The notes below the pieces were generated by a model. That model did not search any database, had not been told where the DNA came from, and was given only the letters and a program-made list of their open reading frames with translations. Shown here piece after piece: positions 54,603-64,000 of a DNA stretch of 64,000 nt. This DNA comes from Myxococcota bacterium. Its GTDB lineage: Bacteria; Myxococcota_A; UBA9160; UBA4427. The DNA lies in NCBI GenBank assembly GCA_965250285.1, contig OZ252299.1, positions 608,001 to 672,000 of the forward strand, in the 5' to 3' direction. Made by a program: the position numbers and the translations under genes. Numbering within the stretch: the stretch's first letter is position 1; each line of letters opens with the position of its first letter.

Positions 54603-55091
54603 TCAATCGGAGAACAGGTTGTCGATATCGTCGTCGGTGATCTCGGCGAACGGACTGCCGCTCGCCGCCGCCTCTGCGTCGGCGTTCTTCTTGATCTCCT
54701 CGAAGATCTTGGCAAGCTCGGCGCCCGCCTTCTTGACGCGCAGTCTCACGAGTCCGAGCGAGCTGCGCTCGTCGAAGACCACGACCAGGATCATGCGCTG
54801 ACCGACCAGGGTGATGTGCAGGTTGTCGTGCATGCCCTGGTGGAAGTGCGTGGGGAACTCTTCCTCGCCGACGATCTTGGCGAGGCCGCCGGTGGCAGCG
54901 ATGCAGCCGGCCGTCAGCGAGGCGAGGCTCGTGCTGTCGACGCCCTGCAGCTCGCCGGCCTCGCCGATCAGCTGCCCGGCCTTGTCCACCACGAAGACGC
55001 CCTTGCTGTTGGCATCACGGGTCAGCTTTTCGATGACGCTCTGGATTCGCTGGAAATCCTCTTCGCGCATCACGAGCTGAGATTCGAGCAT
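54603..55091 (-). CDS. mglB: Roadblock/LC7 GAP MglB
   Basis: SLASLTAG, SSLGLVRLRVKK, C-terminal SPFAEITDDDIDNLF. Confidence 0.96.
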   Translation of the reverse strand: MLESQLVMREEDFQRIQSVIEKLTRDANSKGVFVVDKAGQLIGEAGELQGVDSTSLASLTAGCIAATGGLAKIVGEEEFPTHFHQGMHDNLHITLVGQRMILVVVFDERSSLGLVRLRVKKAGAELAKIFEEIKKNADAEAAASGSPFAEITDDDIDNLFSD

Positions 55092-55291
55092 CGGCACTCC
55101 GCCCCTATAACTGCCTGCCCTGAAAGGAAAAACCCTTCGGAACCGTACCCCATGCGGACGCTGGGGCAACCAGGTCAGTGAGGGGCACATCGGCGATGCG
55201 CAAAGGCGACTTGAGAGCGGGGGCGCCGGAAACCGTCGACTTGGGTCGGGGGGATCGAGCGAGCTCGCGCGACGGGGGTGGGGAGGTCGGG

Positions 55292-55428
55292 TCGGGTTTT
55301 CGGGGGTGTCGTCCTCAGACTGCGGCGGCCTGGCTTTGCGAGTTCGGGATGGCTCCGTTTGGATTGGGTGTGGGGTGCACCCTTCGAAGGCCGCCTTCGA
55401 CTTGCGGGCGTCACCCCCGAAAACCCGA
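55292..55428 (+). repeat. Hairpin repeat element, copy C (137 bp)
   Basis: tcgggttttcgggggtg-tcgtcctcagactgc-ggcggcct...aggccgcc-ttcgacttgcgggcgt-cacccccgaaaacccga. Confidence 0.9.
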
Positions 55429-55561
55429 AGCGTTGGTTTTGGGACGTCGTTTCGCTGACGTCGCCCGCCGAGGTTGCGCGTCGGCGGATTTCTCTTTGCG
55501 TTGGGCGGGGGCGCGTCGCCGTCACTGGCTCGAATTCGCGTGCCAGTGGAATCGGCCCGGA

Positions 55562-56164
55562 TCAGCCGCGGAGGGAGCGGCGGTTCTCGAGAGAGCGGCC
55601 GACGGTGACGTGGTCGGCGTACTCGAGGTCGCCGCCGAGCGGCATGCCGTAGGCGATGCGGCTCACGGCGACGTCGAACGACGAGAGGCGGTCGGCGACG
55701 TAGTGGGCGGTCGCATCGCCCTCGGCGTTGGGATTGGTTGCGAGGATCACCTCGCGCACGTCGCCGCGCTCGACCCGAGCGGCGAGCTCTTCGATGCGGA
55801 GGTTCTCGGGCCCCATGCCGTCGATCGGCGAGAGGGCGCCGCCGAGCACGTGGTACACGCCGTGAAAGCCACCGCTGGCTTCGACGCTGCCGAGGTCGGC
55901 CGGCTCTTCGACGACGCACACCAGGCTTCGGTCGCGGCGGTCGTCCGCGCAGATCGGGCAGGGGTTGCGATCGGCGAGGTTGAAGCACGTGTCGCAGATG
56001 ACGGTGTCGGTCTTGAGTCGGCCGATCGACTCGGACAGCTCGGTCACGACCGAGTCGGGGGCCGAGAGCAAGAAGTAGGCGAGCCGCGCTGCCGACTTCT
56101 CACCGATGCCGGGCAGTCGCTTCAGGCTCTTCACGAGCCTTTCCATGGCCGGGGAGGAGTGCAT
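55562..56164 (-). CDS. recR: Recombination mediator RecR
   Basis: LPGIGEKSA, C4 zinc finger, YHVLGG, EGDATA, GGDLEYAD. Confidence 0.97.
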   Translation of the reverse strand: MHSSPAMERLVKSLKRLPGIGEKSAARLAYFLLSAPDSVVTELSESIGRLKTDTVICDTCFNLADRNPCPICADDRRDRSLVCVVEEPADLGSVEASGGFHGVYHVLGGALSPIDGMGPENLRIEELAARVERGDVREVILATNPNAEGDATAHYVADRLSSFDVAVSRIAYGMPLGGDLEYADHVTVGRSLENRRSLRG

Positions 56165-56227
56165 GATCTTCTTCGCGCTTCTGGGTTGGGTTGTGGGGTC
56201 GCGTTTGGCTTCGTCGTCAGCGCCGCG

Positions 56228-56568
56228 CTAGCCGCCCGAGCCGGTGAACTGCTTGAGCAGGCCGCCGAGATCGATGCCGCCCTGGGCGCGCTGCATCTCG
56301 GCCTGCACCCCCTCTTGCGCCTTGCGTAGCGCCGCATTCGTCGCGGCGGCCGTCAGGTCTTCGATCATCTCGCGATCCTTGGCGTCGACGAGGGTGGGCT
56401 CGATGTGCACCTCGAGCACGCGCAGGTCGCCGCTCGCGACGACGCGAACCATGCCACCGCCGGCGTCTGCCTCGAAGCGCATCGTCGCGACGCGCTTCTG
56501 GAGCTCGGCCATCTTGGCCTGCAGACCCTGCGCCTGCTTCATCAGGTCGCCGATGTTCGGGGGAGAGC

Positions 56569-56572
<4 letters not shown>
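56228..56572 (-). CDS. ybaB: YbaB/EbfC nucleoid-associated protein
   Basis: LMKQAQ, AGGGMVRV, DREMIEDL; GTGA overlap with the dnaX stop. Confidence 0.92.
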
Positions 56573-58512
<1,940 letters not shown>

Positions 58513-58603
58513 GAGGGGGGTCTCTCAGCCGGAAGGGAGGAGCAACTGGGGGCGCTTTGCGACGGGTCGCAAGGCGACATCGCCGGTCACCCGGAGACCG
58601 ACA

Positions 58604-58734
58604 CTGCGCCGAGGGTTGACCGCAGGGCACCCCCGCTCGCAACCGACAACTCGCTACGGCTGCTTCCTTCCGGACCTGACCGGGTTCACGGGCTCCCGCT
58701 TCGAACGGGACCCCACGGTCAGCCCTCGGCGCAG
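58604..58734 (-). ncRNA. ffs: Signal recognition particle RNA (4.5S)
   Basis: Domain IV gtgaacccggtcaggtccggaaggaagcagcc; 19-bp closing stem; canonical position upstream of dnaX. Confidence 0.95.
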
Positions 58735-58796
58735 ACCCGCACGGTACACCGGCGGGGCCGCGGACGCGACCGAGCGCGGGCCCGCGGCGCGCGGGC

Positions 58797-59516
58797 TCAG
58801 GCGTCGGGCAGCTCGGGATCGATCGGCATGCCGGGGATCAGATGGGCCGCACCGAGGGCCTCGAGCACGTGGGGATAGAGACCGGCCTTGAGCGCCGTCA
58901 TTGTTTCGCGGCTCTTGCCCGCATACGGGGCGACGCGGGCGATCGCCTTCTCGATCACCTCGTCCTCGGCGGCCGTCTCCTGCACGATCCCGGCCGCTCG
59001 CGCCTCTTCACCGCCGTAGCGCCGACCCGAGACGATCGCCTCGTGCGCCGACTGCTTCGGCAGCCGGCTCTGGATCACGGCGGTCATGCCCGGATGCAGC
59101 GGCAGGCCGAGGTCGATCTCGGGCAGGCAGAGAAAACCGCGGTCGGCGCGCATGACGCGGTGATCGTGCGCCAGCGCCATCATGAGACCGCCGGCGAAGG
59201 CGTGGCCGTTGATCGCCGCAGCGGTCGGCAGGGGAAACACGAGGTAGCGGGCGAAGAGCCGCAGCACCGAGCCGATGAACCCCGGCTCGGCCTTGCCTTC
59301 GTCGCTGCTCATCCACGCGAGGTCGAGCCCGTTCGAGTAGAACTTGCCCTCGCCTGTGGTGACGAGGGCGGGGCTGCCCTCCATCGCCTCGACCTCGTCG
59401 AGGGCGGCGTTGATCGCGTGGATGGAGTCTCGGTTGAAGCGATTCTCGCCGCCCTGCATGCGCAGCACGACGACGTCGCCGTCGCGTTGGAGGTCGATCT
59501 TCGGGGTGTCGGGCAT
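58797..59516 (-). CDS. Enoyl-CoA hydratase/isomerase family
   Basis: FYSNGLDL, AAINGHAFAGG, LPEIDLG. Confidence 0.92.
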   Translation of the reverse strand: MPDTPKIDLQRDGDVVVLRMQGGENRFNRDSIHAINAALDEVEAMEGSPALVTTGEGKFYSNGLDLAWMSSDEGKAEPGFIGSVLRLFARYLVFPLPTAAAINGHAFAGGLMMALAHDHRVMRADRGFLCLPEIDLGLPLHPGMTAVIQSRLPKQSAHEAIVSGRRYGGEEARAAGIVQETAAEDEVIEKAIARVAPYAGKSRETMTALKAGLYPHVLEALGAAHLIPGMPIDPELPDA

Positions 59517-59695
59517 CGCGGCGTCTCCCGGGAGAAGCGGTGGGCGGCTTCGCAGCGTACACGGCCGGGCGCCGCACCGACACCGGGCGACACGCCACGT
59601 CGCTCACCCGCCACAGCGCAGATCGAGCTGCAGGCCGATCAGCCGTTCGCTGAGTTCGTCTTGTTCGCCCCGCCCGGCGGACGCCCGGCCGTGGC

Positions 59696-60292
59696 TCAGG
59701 CCTCGAGCCCCGCAAAGAAGACGCGGACGAAGCCGTGCACGCGTTTCTTGACCGATGCAATGTCGGGCGCTTCGTGCTTCAGGCCGGTGCCGCCCAGGTG
59801 GAGGAGCTCGGCCGCCGCCGGTGCGGTGAGCCCGGCCGACTTGAGGTCGATCTCGCCTTCCTTGGCTGCCGCGCTGAGGGCAGTCGTGAGCATGTGGCGG
59901 AATCGATCCGACGACGCCGTCACCAGATCGCCGCAGAGTCGATTGTTCTCGTCGTAGATCTCGCTGCCGTGCGCCGACTGCGCCACGACCTCGAGAAAGG
60001 GCACCATGCGCTCGAGCAGGGCGGCGGCGACGCGGTCGGGAAGCGCCTCGCCCGCCTCGCTGTCCCCGCTCAAGTGGCGCTCGGCGTCGGTCAGCGATTG
60101 CTCGTGCAGCTTCGCCGAGAGGCTGCGGAAGATCTCTTCCTTGTTGTCGAAATACGAGTAGAGCGAGGCGCGTGACACGCCGGTCTCCTCGGCGATGTCC
60201 TCCATCGACGTGCGGCGGAAGCCGTAGCGGGCGAACTGGACCTGGGCGGCCAGCAGGATCGCGTCGCGCTTTTCGTCGGTCGGATTCGGCAC
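59696..60292 (-). CDS. TetR/AcrR transcriptional regulator
   Basis: FARYGFRRTSMEDIAEETGVSRASLYSYFDNKEEIF; GTG start inferred. Confidence 0.92.
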   Translation of the reverse strand: MPNPTDEKRDAILLAAQVQFARYGFRRTSMEDIAEETGVSRASLYSYFDNKEEIFRSLSAKLHEQSLTDAERHLSGDSEAGEALPDRVAAALLERMVPFLEVVAQSAHGSEIYDENNRLCGDLVTASSDRFRHMLTTALSAAAKEGEIDLKSAGLTAPAAAELLHLGGTGLKHEAPDIASVKKRVHGFVRVFFAGLEA

Positions 60293-60296
60293 ACCG

Positions 60297-60332
60297 ACAG
60301 ATTGACAATCCGGCTTCGGATTGTCAATCTGT
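60297..60332. promoter_or_regulatory. Perfect 16-bp palindrome: probable TetR operator overlapping divergent promoters
   Basis: ACAGATTGACAATCCG-gctt-CGGATTGTCAATCTGT; TTGACA-17nt-CAATCT on both strands. Confidence 0.8.
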
Positions 60333-60389
60333 TCGTGTCGTGGCCAGCCGGGTACGCCGCCCGGCCCGCCCGAGAGGGAGGCAATGCGC

Positions 60390-60884
60390 ATGGCGATCCT
60401 GACGATCAACGGCGAGCAGCGCGAGGTCGACATCGACCCGTCGACGCCGCTCCTCTGGGTCCTGCGCGAGCAGCTCGCGCTCACCGGAACGAAGTTCGGC
60501 TGCGGCATGGCCCAATGCGGCGCGTGCACCGTGCGCCTCGATGGCCGCGCGATTCGATCGTGCGTTACGCCGGTGTCGGCGGTCGAGGGGCAGGAGATTC
60601 AGACGATCGAAGGCCTCTCGAGCGAGGACGGCCGGCTGCATGTCCTGCAGCAGGCCTGGATCCAACACCAGGTGCCCCAGTGCGGCTACTGCCAGTCGGG
60701 CCAGCTGATGTCGGCGGCCGCGCTGCTCGAGCGCAACCCGAACCCGACCGACGAAGACATCGACAACGCCATGGACGGCAACATCTGCCGCTGCGGCATG
60801 TACGGACGGATCAAGGCGGCCATCAAGACGGCGGCCGCTTCGGGCGCCGCGCCCGGGACGACCGAGGAGAGCAGCCATGAATAA
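60390..60884 (+). CDS. (2Fe-2S) small subunit, IorA/CoxS family
   Basis: [30 protein letters not shown]. Confidence 0.95.
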   Translation: MAILTINGEQREVDIDPSTPLLWVLREQLALTGTKFGCGMAQCGACTVRLDGRAIRSCVTPVSAVEGQEIQTIEGLSSEDGRLHVLQQAWIQHQVPQCGYCQSGQLMSAAALLERNPNPTDEDIDNAMDGNICRCGMYGRIKAAIKTAAASGAAPGTTEESSHE

Positions 60885-63135
60885 GTGGACGCGACGGTCG
60901 TTTCTGACCGCGGGCGTACTCGTCGGCGGTGGTCTCGTGGTCGGCGTGGCGATTCGCCCGGGCTCGCGCAGCCGCGAGTTGACACCGCTGGCCGCCCGCG
61001 ACGGTGAGGTGTTCGTGCACTCGTGGGTGAAGCTCGGGCCCGACAACGTCGTGACGGCGATCGTGCCGCACGCCGAGATGGGGCAGGGCGTCGGCACGGC
61101 GCTGAGTCAGATGGTCGCCGACGAGCTCGACGCCGACTGGGATCTCGTGCGCTTCGAAGAGGCTCCGCCGCTCTCCGAGTTCGCCAACTACTCGCTCGGC
61201 CAGGGGATGCTGCTCGCGGGCGTCGACATCCCCGATCTGGTCGTGCCCACGGTCGACGGCGCGCTCATGAAGACGGCCCAGGCCCTCGATCTGCAGATCA
61301 CGGGCGGCAGCCTGAGCGTGCGCACGACGGGCGTGTACGGCATGCGCGTCGCCGGCGCCGCGGTGAAGGAGATGCTGCGGCAGGCCGCGGCCGACGCGTG
61401 GGACGTGCCGGTCGACCAGGTGACCGCGCGCAAGAGTCAGCTGATCCACGAGGCGAGCGGGCGCACCGAGCCCTACGCGACGTTCGCGGCGGCGGCGGCC
61501 GAGATGTCGCCGCCGGCTTCGCCCAAGCTGAAGACCGCTGACGAGTTCGAGATCATCGGCACCCACGTCGAGCGCCACGACATCCCGGGCAAGGTCGATG
61601 GCACGGCGACGTTCGCGCTCGACGTGCAGCTGCCCGACATGCTCTACGCGACGGTGCGGCGCGCGCCCACGTTCGGGGGCACGGTCGAGCGCGTCGACGA
61701 TGGCCGAACGCGATCGATCGACGGGGTCGTCGACGTGATCGAGCTGCCCGCAGGTGGAGCGAGCGGGCTCGTCGGCAGCTTCTCGTCGCCGCCGTCGGTG
61801 GCCGTCGTCGCCGAGGGCTTCTGGCCGGCCAAGCAGGGCATCGAGGCACTCGACATCACGTGGAGCAAGACCGGCAACGAAGGCGTCTCGAGCGCGACGA
61901 TCTTCGAGCAGTTCGCGCGCGACCTCGACGCTTCGGTCGAGCGGGAAGTCGACGTCGCAGAAGGCGATGTCGAGGGTGCGATGGCCGGTGCCGCGCAGGT
62001 GATCGAAGCCGACTACCGGGTCCCGTATCTCGCGCACACCTGCATGGAGCCGATGAACGCGACGGCGACCGTGGCCGATGGGAAGTGCGAGATCTGGGTC
62101 GGCTCGCAGAGCCCGCTGCCGTTCCGGCAGGCCGTCGCCGATGCCCTGGGGTACGACGTCGAGAACGTCACGCTGCACAACTGCTTCATGGGCGGCGGCT
62201 TCGGCCGCAAGGCGCGCGCCGACTACGCGATTCAGGCGGCGCAGCTCTCGGAGAAGGTCGGGCGCCCGGTTCAGCTGATCTGGACCCGTGAAGAGGACGT
62301 CCGTCAGGACTTCTACCGACCCGCCATCCAGAGCCGGTTTCGTGCGGCCCTCGACGAGAACGGCGATCTGCTCGCCTGGGAGAACACGTACGTCGACAAG
62401 CACGAGCCGGTCGAGGCGCCGCTCATCCCGTACCGCGTCGCCGCACGCGACATCGGCCACGTGAGCAGTCCGACCCACGTGCCCTTCGGTGCGTGGCGCA
62501 GCGTCGATCATTCGCAGCACGGCTTCTTCACCGAGTCGTTCTTCGATGAGGTCGCCGTGGCGGCGGGCGAAGACCCGTACGCGTACCGCGCGGCGCGGCT
62601 GGCGGATCATCCGCGCCAGCTCGCCGTGCTTCGCAAGGCGGCCGAAGCCGCCGACTGGGGCACGCCGCTCGGCGAGGGCCGCGGCCGTGGCATCTCGCTG
62701 CAGGAGTCGTTCGGCACGATCGTCGCGCAGGTCGTCGAAGTGACGATCGCCGGCGGCCAACCGCAGGTCGACCGCGTGGTCGCGGCCGTCGACGCGGGCT
62801 TCGCCGTGTCGCCCGACGGGCTGCGGGCTCAGATCGAGTCGGGGATCGTCTACGGCCTGACCGCGGCGTTGCACGGCGAGATCACGATCGAGGACGGGGC
62901 CGTCGCGCAGGGCAACTTCCACGACTACCAGGCGCTGCGCATGTCGGAAGCCCCCGTCATCGAGGTGCACGTCATCAACAGTGGCCACGCCATCGGCGGC
63001 GCGGGGGAGCCCGGCACGCCCGGCATCGCGCCGGCGCTCGCGAACGCAATCCACGACGCCACCGGGGTCCGGATCCGCAGTCTGCCGGTCGGTCCGATCG
63101 ACCTCGACTACCGTTTCGAGCGCGGCGACGCCTAG
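60877..63135 (+). CDS. Molybdopterin large subunit, IorB/aldehyde oxidoreductase family, Tat-exported
   Basis: TRRSFL, EMGQGV, TGGS, HTCMEP, GGGFGRK, GGAGEPG. Confidence 0.93.
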   Translation: MNKWTRRSFLTAGVLVGGGLVVGVAIRPGSRSRELTPLAARDGEVFVHSWVKLGPDNVVTAIVPHAEMGQGVGTALSQMVADELDADWDLVRFEEAPPLSEFANYSLGQGMLLAGVDIPDLVVPTVDGALMKTAQALDLQITGGSLSVRTTGVYGMRVAGAAVKEMLRQAAADAWDVPVDQVTARKSQLIHEASGRTEPYATFAAAAAEMSPPASPKLKTADEFEIIGTHVERHDIPGKVDGTATFALDVQLPDMLYATVRRAPTFGGTVERVDDGRTRSIDGVVDVIELPAGGASGLVGSFSSPPSVAVVAEGFWPAKQGIEALDITWSKTGNEGVSSATIFEQFARDLDASVEREVDVAEGDVEGAMAGAAQVIEADYRVPYLAHTCMEPMNATATVADGKCEIWVGSQSPLPFRQAVADALGYDVENVTLHNCFMGGGFGRKARADYAIQAAQLSEKVGRPVQLIWTREEDVRQDFYRPAIQSRFRAALDENGDLLAWENTYVDKHEPVEAPLIPYRVAARDIGHVSSPTHVPFGAWRSVDHSQHGFFTESFFDEVAVAAGEDPYAYRAARLADHPRQLAVLRKAAEAADWGTPLGEGRGRGISLQESFGTIVAQVVEVTIAGGQPQVDRVVAAVDAGFAVSPDGLRAQIESGIVYGLTAALHGEITIEDGAVAQGNFHDYQALRMSEAPVIEVHVINSGHAIGGAGEPGTPGIAPALANAIHDATGVRIRSLPVGPIDLDYRFERGDA

Positions 63136-63204
63136 TCGAGCGCGGCCATGCGGGGTCGCATGCGGCGGGCGAGCGTTGCATCGCGGCAGGAAGGGGGTGA
63201 CCCC

Positions 63205-64000
63205 ATGAGAGAGATCCGAGAGATCCTGCGCGCGGCCCGGGCGCTCGCGCCGCACGAGCCGGCTGCGCTCGCGAGCATCGTCGATGCCGAAGGCTCGACG
63301 TACCGCGGCGTCGGCGCGCGCATGTGGGTGCACTCGGACGGCACCGTGATCGGCATGCTGAGCGGTGGCTGTCTCGAGGCCGACATCATCGATCGGGCGC
63401 GTCGTGTCGCCGAGCGCGGCGCCCCCGAGCTCGTGCGCTACGACACCACCGAAGATCACGATGCGTTGCTCGGCACCGGCCTCGGCTGTCGCGGCATCGT
63501 CGACATCCTGATCGAGCCGATCTCGCACGCTGCGCTCGGGCCGATCCCCTGGCTCGAGGCCGCGCGCAGCGCGCGGGCGCCGACTGCGCTGGCCACGTGT
63601 GTGAGCGGCGCGCGTCTGGGCGAACGCCATGGGTTGATGCCCGGTATGCACCGGGCCGAGCCGCCGGCGGGCGCCGATCTCACCGAGGCCCTCGCCGAAG
63701 CCGCTCGCAGCGGCGCGCCGATGCGACGCGAGATCGGCGGGGTCGTCTGGGCGTTCGAGTTGATCGCGTCGCCGCTTCGACTCGTCGTCCTCGGCGCCGG
63801 CCCCGATGCACCGGCGCTCGTGCGCGCAGCGAGCGCACTCGGCTGGGACGTGAGCGTCGCCGATCATCGCGCCGCCGAGCTGCGCCCCGAGCGCTTCCCC
63901 GACGCGCGCGTGCTGCATGCCCGCAGCGACGAGGCGTGCAAACGACTCGACGTCGACGCGTCGACCCATGTCGTCGTCATGACGCACAACCTGAACCAGG
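63205..64000 (+). CDS. XdhC/CoxI molybdenum-cofactor chaperone (3'-truncated)
   Basis: Read from the sequence: GSTYRGVGARM, LSGGCLE, GLGCRG, VVLGAGPDA, VVMTHN. Confidence 0.88.
   Translation, partial: MREIREILRAARALAPHEPAALASIVDAEGSTYRGVGARMWVHSDGTVIGMLSGGCLEADIIDRARRVAERGAPELVRYDTTEDHDALLGTGLGCRGIVDILIEPISHAALGPIPWLEAARSARAPTALATCVSGARLGERHGLMPGMHRAEPPAGADLTEALAEAARSGAPMRREIGGVVWAFELIASPLRLVVLGAGPDAPALVRAASALGWDVSVADHRAAELRPERFPDARVLHARSDEACKRLDVDASTHVVVMTHNLNQ

Overview
High-GC window, mostly core genome. Gene content (mglBA after ffs-dnaX-ybaB-recR, alternative complex III actA-F, DUF1302/DUF1329-like envelope proteins, lipid-catabolic enzymes) suggests a deltaproteobacterium/Myxococcota (inference). 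It holds about 52 CDS, tRNA-Asn(GTT), tRNA-Pro(CGG) and the SRP RNA. I recognised no integrase, transposase, CRISPR array or prophage. The most striking unexplained signal is a dispersed family of 134-137 bp hairpin elements (8375-8508, 8742-8875 inverted, 55292-55428). They share a conserved, co-varying stem scaffold and conserved internal-loop motifs but have unrelated 53-57 nt central loops. Other leads: a candidate ~350-nt structured RNA with a sequestered-RBS micro-ORF (about 23960-24346); a giant Cys-rich DUF1302-like barrel; two apparent pseudo-enzymes; a probable CTG start for fmt; a perfectly palindromic bidirectional promoter/TetR operator; and a 1-bp frameshift in an MMPL gene. Family calls come from motif recognition only, with no database searches.
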